NCBI GenBank assembly: GCA_965657945.1
Contig: CBFHPW010000001.1
Location: 2,948 to 66,947, forward strand
Source of the DNA: Flavobacteriales bacterium
GTDB taxonomy: Bacteria > Bacteroidota > Bacteroidia > Flavobacteriales_D > CAJJDF01
Reading direction: 5' to 3'
Length of the DNA stretch: 64,000 bases
Part shown: piece after piece, positions 41,028-49,483 of the stretch
Position numbering within the stretch: position 1 is the first letter of the stretch
Layout: every line of letters starts with the position of its first letter
Notes under the pieces: generated by a model
The model's database searches: none
What the model was told of the DNA's origin: nothing
Seen by the model: the letters and a program-made list of their open reading frames with translations, nothing else
Translations under genes and position numbers: made by a program

Positions 41028-42757
41028 TGAGCGGAACTACAAAATTAGGTATTCAGATTCTTTCAGTAGCCATGCTGGTTTTATTGGTTAACTACATAGG
41101 CTCAAAAAAGTTTTTTAGGGTAGATCTTACCGAAGAAAAAATTCATTCACTATCTGATAAAACGATAGAGATATTGGAAAACGACTCGTTGATTCGCGAT
41201 GAATTGAGGTTTGAAGTCTATTTGGAAGGTGATTTACCTCCGGAATTAAGAAAGCTTCAGTCAGCGCTACAAGAAAAATTGAGTGAATTAAAAGCATTTG
41301 GAGGAGCCAATATTTACTATGAATTCATTGATCCAGCTGAAGATGAAACCCGCAAGAATGAGGTATATACTCAGTTGTATGAGTTCGGGTTGAAACCCAC
41401 TAAAGTTAGCTCAATAATAGGAGGTACTAAAAAAGATAATTTGTTGTTTGGAGGAATTATTCTAAGAACCGTAGACAATAAAAATATCCCAATTCAAATT
41501 TTAGGTCCGAGTAACCTTGATCCAAATTCTGGTATAGCCATTCCTGTTCCAATCGATTTGATACCCATTGAAAACCTACTAAATGATTTGGAATATCAAT
41601 TGTTAGAAGGGATTTATAAGGCAGTTAGTCCCAATCGAAAGAAAATTGCATTCTTGCAGGGGCACGGAGAGCTGAAGGAGATAGAAAGGTATGATGTCAC
41701 CTATGAATTATCCAAATTTCATGCGGTAGAGGATGTCACAATAAACGGAAAAATTAATGCATTAAAAAACTATGATGCCCTAGTCGTTGCAAAACCAATT
41801 CAGCCAATTTCAGAGAAAGATAAATACATTATCGATCAATTTATCATGAAGGGAGGCAAAGTCGCTTGGCTTTTGGATATGGTTGAGGTTGATCTTGACT
41901 CACTGAACCGAAATGAAGAAACTTTTGGGTTGGAAAGAAATCTAAATGACATTGATGCTCAGTTGTTTAATTACGGTGTTAGGTTCAACAAGAATTTGCT
42001 TATTGATGTCAATTCAGCCAAAATTCCTTTGGGTGGTAATTTGTATTCTTGGTATTATCATCCTGTTATGAATTCTTGGAGAATTAATAATTCGGTGGTA
42101 AACAATTTGGATCCAATTCGACTTAAATATGCAGGTACATTGGATTTGTTGAAAACGGAGAATGTGGTAAAAACTCCTTTGCTACAGAGTTCTGAGAATT
42201 CGATGACTTACAAAGTTCCAGTGCGTATCAATTACCAGATGATCAACTTAAAGCCTGAAGCTCTACAATACAATTCACAGCCATTTCAAACTGTAGCGGC
42301 AATGCTTTCGGGAACATTTAAATCAAGTTTTCGAAACAGATTGACCGATTCTTATTTTAAAAATACACCTATAAAGCACAAAAATGAAAGTGTAAAAAAT
42401 AGTATGCTCGTAATAAGTGATGGAGATATCATCCATGGAGCAGTAGATTCCTTCCCAAATAATAAAGGAGTGATGATTGTGCGGCCAATGAATATCAATT
42501 ACGACCGTTACGATCGCTCCGCAACTTATGGGAACAAAGAGTTTTTTGTGAACGCAATGGAAAATTTAATGGGCATTGACGATTTGATCCCATTGCGAAG
42601 TAAAACCATTACTTTGAGACCATTGGACAAAGCAAAAGTGAAGAAAGACAGAACTTTTTGGAAAGCAATCAACGTATTCGTTCCGATTTTTGTCATGGTA
42701 GTTTTTGGTTTGATATATCATTACTTACGAAGAAGAAAATTTGCTAGAAAACACTAA
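41027..42757 (+). CDS. gldG: Gliding-associated ABC transporter accessory protein GldG
   Basis: 576 aa. N-terminal and C-terminal TM anchors flank a large extracytoplasmic domain. Translationally coupled to gldF. Confidence 0.7.
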   Translation: MSGTTKLGIQILSVAMLVLLVNYIGSKKFFRVDLTEEKIHSLSDKTIEILENDSLIRDELRFEVYLEGDLPPELRKLQSALQEKLSELKAFGGANIYYEFIDPAEDETRKNEVYTQLYEFGLKPTKVSSIIGGTKKDNLLFGGIILRTVDNKNIPIQILGPSNLDPNSGIAIPVPIDLIPIENLLNDLEYQLLEGIYKAVSPNRKKIAFLQGHGELKEIERYDVTYELSKFHAVEDVTINGKINALKNYDALVVAKPIQPISEKDKYIIDQFIMKGGKVAWLLDMVEVDLDSLNRNEETFGLERNLNDIDAQLFNYGVRFNKNLLIDVNSAKIPLGGNLYSWYYHPVMNSWRINNSVVNNLDPIRLKYAGTLDLLKTENVVKTPLLQSSENSMTYKVPVRINYQMINLKPEALQYNSQPFQTVAAMLSGTFKSSFRNRLTDSYFKNTPIKHKNESVKNSMLVISDGDIIHGAVDSFPNNKGVMIVRPMNINYDRYDRSATYGNKEFFVNAMENLMGIDDLIPLRSKTITLRPLDKAKVKKDRTFWKAINVFVPIFVMVVFGLIYHYLRRRKFARKH

Positions 42758-42882
42758 AATTGTTTCTTTTTTTCTCTCTCTCTTTGGTTATCCGAAAGAC
42801 AGAAAAGTACTTAGCCATAGTTAAGCCTAGCTTTTCTTTTCAGAACTACTCATTTGGGTTATATTGATCAAAATAGCTCCCA

Positions 42883-43689
42883 ATGAAAAAGCTTTTATTT
42901 CTTTTCTGTTTGTTTCCTTTTTTTTTCTCAGCGGGAAATAACAATCTACCAGTTGGAGGAAGAGCAACTGCAATGGGAAATACAGGTCTTTGTATTGCTG
43001 ATGTGTGGGCAATACGATTCAATCAAGCTGCCTTGGCCAATATAGAAGATCTTAGTTTCGGTGCTTCCTACGAAAGTAGATTTTTACTCAAATCGCTTGG
43101 AGTGCAATCGTTGGCAGTTGCCATTCCAGTGAAGCGAGGAGCCTTTGGATTTAATTATACAGGCTTTGGTGATAAGATGTACCGTGAATCTAAAATTGGA
43201 TTGGGTTACGGTATCAAATTATCCGAAAAGGTGAATCTGGGAATTCGATTGAATTACCATTCTTTAAATTTGGGTAATAATTATGGTCGAACTCAGAATT
43301 TGACTTTTGAAATCGGTTTTTTAGCTAAACCATCAAAAAATATTCAAATAGGTTTTCATTTGTTTAATCCCACTCAAACCAAATTAAATGATTACCAAAA
43401 TGAGGAAATTCCTGTCATAATGAATCTGGGATTGGCCTACAAGTTTTCAGATAAAGTGACTGGAAATATAGAGGTAGAAAAAGACATTGATTTACCCTTT
43501 TCAGTCAAGGTTGGTTTGGAGTATTTTCCGCTAGAGAACCTGTTTTTACGAGCAGGGATTGTGACCAGTCCCTCCATGCCTACAATAGGTTTTGGGGTGG
43601 CAAAAGGAAATTTTAAACTTGATTTTTCCTCTTCGTTTCATCCTTCCCTAGGAATTACTCCATCTCTGGGATTACGCTATACAATGTAA
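42883..43689 (+). CDS. PorV/PorQ-family-like outer-membrane beta-barrel protein
   Basis: 268 aa with a signal peptide. N-terminal GGRATAMGNTGLCIADVWAIRFNQAALA resembles the (G/S)AR..(A/G)MGG...D......NPAGLA motif of PorV/PorQ/FadL-like barrels. Alternating beta-strand pattern throughout. Confidence 0.5.
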   Translation: MKKLLFLFCLFPFFFSAGNNNLPVGGRATAMGNTGLCIADVWAIRFNQAALANIEDLSFGASYESRFLLKSLGVQSLAVAIPVKRGAFGFNYTGFGDKMYRESKIGLGYGIKLSEKVNLGIRLNYHSLNLGNNYGRTQNLTFEIGFLAKPSKNIQIGFHLFNPTQTKLNDYQNEEIPVIMNLGLAYKFSDKVTGNIEVEKDIDLPFSVKVGLEYFPLENLFLRAGIVTSPSMPTIGFGVAKGNFKLDFSSSFHPSLGITPSLGLRYTM

Positions 43690-43692
43690 TCA

Positions 43693-45768
43693 ATGAATTG
43701 GAAAATATACATATCGTTTTGCTTGCTCTGGATTACGTCAGATGTGTACACTCAAACCAAGTCAGAGGAGAAAATTGAAATCATTGAGCAAAGAATAGAA
43801 TACATTGGAGGAGACAATGAAAGCATTGATTATTCTACTTTGTTCGATAATCTATATTACTATTACGACCATCCCGTTAATTTAAATAGCCCAAAACAGA
43901 TAGATGTGTTGTTGGAGCTTGGATTATTGTCAGAAATACAAGTAGTGAATCTGAGAAAACACATCGAAACGAATGGTAAATTAATGACCATTTATGAATT
44001 GCAATCCGTTGAAATGTTTGATTTAGTTACGATTCGAACTATTCTTCCCTTTTCTGTTGTGTCATCCGAATTGTTTACACCAAACGTTACTTTCAAAGAA
44101 ATAATGAAAAACAGCTCGAATGAATTGTACATTAGAAATATAAGGGATATTCAAGAGAAGAAAGGTTATTCTGCGAAAGAAAATGAGGATGATACCCGCT
44201 ACCTAGGCAGTCCAGATAAGTTATTTGTTCGCTATCGATTCAGATATTTGAATAAAATAAGTGCGGGAATAACAGGAGAAAAAGATCAGGGTGAACAATT
44301 TTTTAGAGGCAATCAAAAACAAGGATTTGATTATTATTCTGCCCATTTTTTTCTCAAAGATTTCGGAAGGCTAAAGGCAATGGCTATGGGTGATTATCAC
44401 TTTCAGGTAGGACAAGGACTTACACTTTGGAGTGGTTTGGCTTTTGGAAAATCAGTAGATATAAGCACAGTAAAACGAAATGCTGTAGGGATAAGGCACT
44501 ATGCTTCAGCTGATGAGAATAATTTTTTGAGAGGAGGTGCAGCCACTTTTGCTATCACAAAGAACATACAGCTTTCTGCTTTTTACTCCCGAAAACGGCT
44601 GGATGCAAACATTACCGATACCTTGGATAATGTGACCAACGAAGTGGCATTTTCTTCCCTCCAAAATAGCGGGTTTCACAGAACAAACGCTGAGTTTGAG
44701 AATAAAGATGCTATTCTTGAAACTCATTTTGGGGGTAGAATAGAATTTGTAGGTTCTGCCCTGAGAATTGGCGGAACTGGTTTTGCCTCGCGTTACGGTG
44801 GAGAATTTGATAGGAAATTGAGTTTTTACAATCAATTCGAATTTTCTTCCAATCAAAATTTTGTAGCTGGAGTTGATTACAATTACGTAGTACGAAATTT
44901 TAATTTTTTTGGAGAGTTCTCCAGAAGTCAAAATGGAGGCGTAGCTCATGTGAATGGTGTACTAGTATCTTTAGATTCTAGATTGTCAGTCACTCTCTTG
45001 TATCGAAATTATGGAAAGGATTACCAAAACTTACTAAGTAATGGATTGGCGGAAAGTAGCAATTCTTGGAATGAAAAAGGCATGTTTATGGGCTTGGAGG
45101 CAAAACTTAATAAAAGTTTTACACTCACTGGTTCTATGGATTTTTTTACATTTCCGTGGATGCGGTTCCAATCTTATTCACCCAATTCTGGTGGTAAAGA
45201 GTTTATTACTCAATTGAGCTACAGAAAGTCAAGAAATTTCAATGTATATTTTAGATTCAGAAGACAGGAAAGACAAGTGAATAATAGCCAAATAGAGAGT
45301 CCGATTTATCAACTTACTCAGGAGTCTAGAACCAATTATCGGGTAAATGTTTCAATGAAAATTACGGATTATTTAAGTTTAAGAAATAGAGTGGAAGTGA
45401 CGGAATACAAAAAAGGGAATACAGACTCCGAATTTGGTTTTTTGGCTTACCAAGATGTAGTAGTTAAACCTAAATCAAAATCCTATTCCTTTACTGCCCG
45501 CTTTGCATTGTTTGATGCAGAGTCTTTCAATGCCAGAATTTATGCTTACGAAAATGATGTGTTGTATTACTTCTACATCCCTGCCTACTACAAAGTGGGT
45601 TCCAGATTTTACCTTACTGCTCGATACAAGTATCGAAAGAAATTTGATTTTTGGATTCGCTATGGAGTTTGGAATTATCGAAATGAAGAAGTGATATTAA
45701 GCGGATTGGAGGAAATTAAGGGAAACATTCGTTCCGATGTAAAAGTAGTTTTTAGGTATCTGTTTTAA
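43693..45768 (+). CDS. Helix-hairpin-helix repeat protein fused to a large predicted outer-membrane beta-barrel
   Basis: 691 aa with a signal peptide. ComEA-like HhH segments (LLELGLLSEIQVVNLRKHIETNGKLMTIYELQSV, FDLVTIRTILPF). About 550 aa of amphipathic beta-strands ending in VVFRYLF, an aromatic C-terminal residue. Confidence 0.6.
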   Translation: MNWKIYISFCLLWITSDVYTQTKSEEKIEIIEQRIEYIGGDNESIDYSTLFDNLYYYYDHPVNLNSPKQIDVLLELGLLSEIQVVNLRKHIETNGKLMTIYELQSVEMFDLVTIRTILPFSVVSSELFTPNVTFKEIMKNSSNELYIRNIRDIQEKKGYSAKENEDDTRYLGSPDKLFVRYRFRYLNKISAGITGEKDQGEQFFRGNQKQGFDYYSAHFFLKDFGRLKAMAMGDYHFQVGQGLTLWSGLAFGKSVDISTVKRNAVGIRHYASADENNFLRGGAATFAITKNIQLSAFYSRKRLDANITDTLDNVTNEVAFSSLQNSGFHRTNAEFENKDAILETHFGGRIEFVGSALRIGGTGFASRYGGEFDRKLSFYNQFEFSSNQNFVAGVDYNYVVRNFNFFGEFSRSQNGGVAHVNGVLVSLDSRLSVTLLYRNYGKDYQNLLSNGLAESSNSWNEKGMFMGLEAKLNKSFTLTGSMDFFTFPWMRFQSYSPNSGGKEFITQLSYRKSRNFNVYFRFRRQERQVNNSQIESPIYQLTQESRTNYRVNVSMKITDYLSLRNRVEVTEYKKGNTDSEFGFLAYQDVVVKPKSKSYSFTARFALFDAESFNARIYAYENDVLYYFYIPAYYKVGSRFYLTARYKYRKKFDFWIRYGVWNYRNEEVILSGLEEIKGNIRSDVKVVFRYLF

Positions 45769-45822
45769 GCTTTTTACTATTTTTTCTTCTACATTTACAA
45801 CACAAGATAAGACAAACCGATT

Positions 45823-45987
45823 ATGTTAAAAAAAATAATGTACTACCTCAATCCTAAAACATTGTTTCAAAAAGAGGATTCGGAAAATCTGAATGCTTCT
45901 CACAAAACAATGCAAGGTATAAATCGAATTTCTATCTATTTATTTCTTTTTTGTGTCATCCTTATTGTGCTCAAATATTTGAAATAA
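45823..45987 (+). CDS. Small membrane protein candidate (54 aa)
   Basis: The ATG ORF MLKKIMYYLNPKTLFQKEDSENLNASHKTMQGINRISIYLFLFCVILIVLKYLK is below the ORF-track cutoff. It has a C-terminal TM helix and fills the gap before the convergent gene. Confidence 0.35.
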   Translation: MLKKIMYYLNPKTLFQKEDSENLNASHKTMQGINRISIYLFLFCVILIVLKYLK

Positions 45988-45988
45988 A

Positions 45989-47788
45989 TTAATCAGTAAT
46001 CCCCATTTTCTTCATAAGAAATTCGGCATTCATATTGGAGCATATTCCATCTTTGAGCTTGTAATCGAATACGAGCTGGTCGTTTTCAATTTCTACATCA
46101 AAATAGCAGTTTTGTATTTGTTTTGGGAATTCCTCTTTGAGAGAACAAAGGGATAAGTCATGTGTCGCTATTATTCCTGCGACCTGATATTTTAAAATTT
46201 GTTTCACAAATTTTTTAGAACCTTTCGCCTTGTCTATTGAGTTTGTTCCTTTTAATATTTCATCTAATATCACAAAAAGCTCTTCCCCAGTTTTTAGTTG
46301 TTCTACAATGGCTTGAAGTCTTTTTAATTCAGAATAAAAATAGGATTCATTGTTTTTCAACGAATCAGAGGTTCTCATGCTCGAAAATAAAGGAATTGGC
46401 TTGAAAATAAATTGATTAGCACAGACAGGTGCTCCACAATTAGCAAGAATTAAGTTTATTCCAATAGCTCTAAGAAACGTACTTTTTCCTGCCATGTTGG
46501 CTCCTGTAATAATGACAAACTCATGTAGATTTTCTGTGCTGAAATCATTGGGAATTCTTGTTTTTTCAGACAAAAGAGGATGAGCTAGTCCCGTGGTTTT
46601 TATTACCTCATTGGAGGATGTTTTTGGATAGCAGTAAGCCGGATTATTAAACGAGTAGGTTGCAAGACTTAAGTAGGTTTCCATTTTATGAACAACCTCA
46701 AACCAAGGAGCTAAATTCGATTCGTTTTTTTTGAGCCAATGTTTTAACCGAAACAAGTAATGTAAATCCCACATGAAAAGAGCATTCATTATGATAGCAA
46801 AGACGGGATTACTTCGGTTGTCTAGCTGTTGGGCTAATTTTGCTAACTGGCCTATTTCTTCAGATGCAATTATTTTTCCGCATGTTAATTTTTGTTGTAA
46901 TTCTTTCAGGATCAAAGCTTCGAAGGATTGATTTTCGATCAGTTCAGTAAGTTCTACGTTTTGCTGCAATACGGGAAGGAATTGAGATATGTTTGAATGC
47001 TGCTGATTAATCAATTTTAGTTTTTTTCCAACAAGACCAAGGGGTAAGGCAGAGGTGAAAATAGCCAACCCCCATGGAATAAAATGAAAGTAAGCCAAGA
47101 GTAAAACTGAGCACATGACTACCGGAATTCCCCACAAAATGAACTTCCATAGTGAGGGGCGCTCGAAACCAAAAATTTCCTTTTCCTTCCAGGAGGAAAC
47201 TAGTTTTTCGTTTTTTTCTTTTACCGAATATATTTTTCCTTTAGCTCGAAATTCTTCTCGCCAATCAAGCTTGTCTGCCAATTCAGCTATTCCTTGTTGT
47301 CTTTCATGAATCTGATGAATAGAGGAAAAAGGATGATTTAACAAGTTAGCTAATTCTTTTTCTGATTCGTAGGAGCTTGTTCTGTTAATGGATTGGAAGA
47401 GCGATCGTTCTCCGAACAGATCTAAATCATGAGAAAAATTATGGTTCGAATCAATAAAACTAACTCCGTTTCCAAATCCAGAAAAATCAGACTGCAGGTA
47501 TTCGAGCTCTTCTCTGTTTGCAATTATTTTATGTTGAATGAGGAACAACGCCTCATTTGATTTTTTGTTTTTCTTTAACAAGAGTCCAAATGCCACTGCT
47601 GGAAGAATCAATATCCACAAGATTTCCCCAGAATTTTTGTAAACGGAAATTGCAATGAGTACAAACATTATCAGAAAACTAATAATTCTTCCGATTAGGA
47701 TTAATTTTAAAACAGATTCTTGTTTTTTTTCTAGTTCGGAAAGTGCTTCTATCCGAATTTCGTAATGGGTTTTTCTGGTCTCTTTCAT
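45989..47788 (-). CDS. Membrane-anchored MutS-related ATPase (MutS domain V only)
   Basis: 599 aa. Two pairs of TM helices in the N-terminal half. C-terminal Walker A GANMAGKSTFLR and Walker B ILDEILKGTN. No mismatch-binding domain. Confidence 0.75.
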   Translation of the reverse strand: MKETRKTHYEIRIEALSELEKKQESVLKLILIGRIISFLIMFVLIAISVYKNSGEILWILILPAVAFGLLLKKNKKSNEALFLIQHKIIANREELEYLQSDFSGFGNGVSFIDSNHNFSHDLDLFGERSLFQSINRTSSYESEKELANLLNHPFSSIHQIHERQQGIAELADKLDWREEFRAKGKIYSVKEKNEKLVSSWKEKEIFGFERPSLWKFILWGIPVVMCSVLLLAYFHFIPWGLAIFTSALPLGLVGKKLKLINQQHSNISQFLPVLQQNVELTELIENQSFEALILKELQQKLTCGKIIASEEIGQLAKLAQQLDNRSNPVFAIIMNALFMWDLHYLFRLKHWLKKNESNLAPWFEVVHKMETYLSLATYSFNNPAYCYPKTSSNEVIKTTGLAHPLLSEKTRIPNDFSTENLHEFVIITGANMAGKSTFLRAIGINLILANCGAPVCANQFIFKPIPLFSSMRTSDSLKNNESYFYSELKRLQAIVEQLKTGEELFVILDEILKGTNSIDKAKGSKKFVKQILKYQVAGIIATHDLSLCSLKEEFPKQIQNCYFDVEIENDQLVFDYKLKDGICSNMNAEFLMKKMGITD

Positions 47789-47922
47789 TGTGGTAAAGTT
47801 AATGGAAATCGATAGTTTTATTTTAAAATAGCTTGGATATTATTGGTTGTTGATAACAATAAAATTTAACAATTTGCATACTATTTGTGAAAACCTTAAT
47901 TTCGAAAAAACAGAACTTATTT

Positions 47923-49260
47923 ATGAAAAAAATTGCAATTTTAGGGGCAGGTAGATCATCCTCAAGTCTCATTCGATATCTGTCAGATCAAGCTAAGCAA
48001 AACAATTGGTTACTTAGAGTATGTGATATGGATTTGCAAATGGCAGAAAGTAAAATTTCAAATCACAATCATGCTGAGGCTGCACAATTTGATGTATTTG
48101 ATAAAGAACAAGTGAAACGAGAAATTTCAAATGCAGATTTAATTGTTTCAATGTTGCCTGCAAGCTTTCATATTCATGTTATTGAAGAAGCTATTCGTCA
48201 GAAAAAAAATGTGGTAACCCCATCTTATATTTCTCCAGAAGTAAAAGCTTTGGATTCTGCAGCCAAGGAGGCTGGAGTGCTCATTATGAATGAATTAGGA
48301 GTGGATCCTGGAATTGATCACATGAGTGCAATGAAATTAATCAATGAGATTAAAGAGGATGGAGGGGAAATACTAAATTTTGAATCGTTTACGGGAGGAT
48401 TGGTAGCTCCAGAAAGTGACAACAATCCCTGGAATTATAAATTTACCTGGAATCCGAGAAACGTTGTTGTTGCAGGTCAGGGAGGTTGTGCCAAGTTTAT
48501 AGAAGAGAAGCGATTTAAATACATACCCTACAACAAATTATTTAGAAGAACTGAGTTTATCGATATAGATGGTTTTGGAAAGTTTGAAGGAATAGCCAAC
48601 AGAGATTCACTGAAATACCAGTCGGTGTATGGATTGGAAAATATCAATACAATTTACAGAGGTACATTGCGTAGAGTTGGTTTTTCAAGAGCTTGGGATG
48701 TGTTTGTTCAGATTGGAGCAACCGATGACAGTTATACCATGGAGAATACCGAGGAAATGACTTACCGTGATTTCATTAATTCTTTCTTAGCTTACAGTCC
48801 GTCAGATTCAGTCGAGTTAAAGTTGCGGCATTACCTAAAAATTGAGCAAGACGATACGTTATGGGAAAAGTTGGTGTGGTTAGGTATATTTGAAGAGACG
48901 AAAGTGGGGCTAAAGAATGCTACACCAGCTCAAATTCTTCAAAAAATATTGGAAGAAAAATGGTCGCTTGAGCCTGAAGACAAAGATATGATTGTGATGT
49001 GGCACAAGCTTATTTACAAGAATAATTCTGGCGAAACCAAAGAAATTCATTCGAGTATGGTCTCCATTGGTGAAGACCAAACCTATACAGCCATGAGTAA
49101 TACAGTTGGCTTGCCTGTGGGGATTTGTTGTAAATTAATCTTGAACGGAACTATCAATTCAACGGGAGTTGATTTGCCTATTTCTAAACAGTATTACGAA
49201 CCCATCCTGGAAGAATTAAAAGCGTACGACATTTCTTTTAATGAAAAGGAGGTGAAATAA
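47923..49260 (+). CDS. Saccharopine dehydrogenase family protein
   Basis: 445 aa from the ATG at 47923 (MKKIAILGAGRSS Rossmann N-terminus). GVDPGIDHM motif typical of saccharopine reductase-like enzymes. Confidence 0.7.
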   Translation: MKKIAILGAGRSSSSLIRYLSDQAKQNNWLLRVCDMDLQMAESKISNHNHAEAAQFDVFDKEQVKREISNADLIVSMLPASFHIHVIEEAIRQKKNVVTPSYISPEVKALDSAAKEAGVLIMNELGVDPGIDHMSAMKLINEIKEDGGEILNFESFTGGLVAPESDNNPWNYKFTWNPRNVVVAGQGGCAKFIEEKRFKYIPYNKLFRRTEFIDIDGFGKFEGIANRDSLKYQSVYGLENINTIYRGTLRRVGFSRAWDVFVQIGATDDSYTMENTEEMTYRDFINSFLAYSPSDSVELKLRHYLKIEQDDTLWEKLVWLGIFEETKVGLKNATPAQILQKILEEKWSLEPEDKDMIVMWHKLIYKNNSGETKEIHSSMVSIGEDQTYTAMSNTVGLPVGICCKLILNGTINSTGVDLPISKQYYEPILEELKAYDISFNEKEVK

Positions 49261-49483
49261 CAAGTCCAACCACCCTTCGATACATTCCTCCTCAAGTCGG
49301 AATACTCAGGGTTCTGTTTATCGTAATTTGCGGGTTGAGTGAATTTTTCCTGAAAGAGTGATTGTACCATAATTCAATATAGAAAGGGCCTTCCAAAAAG
49401 TTGAAAACTTGTCTAAAACCAACTTCAAATTAAGTTGTCAAAACGTGTACTTACATGTATTTTTGGGGTAGTAAAAAACACAC

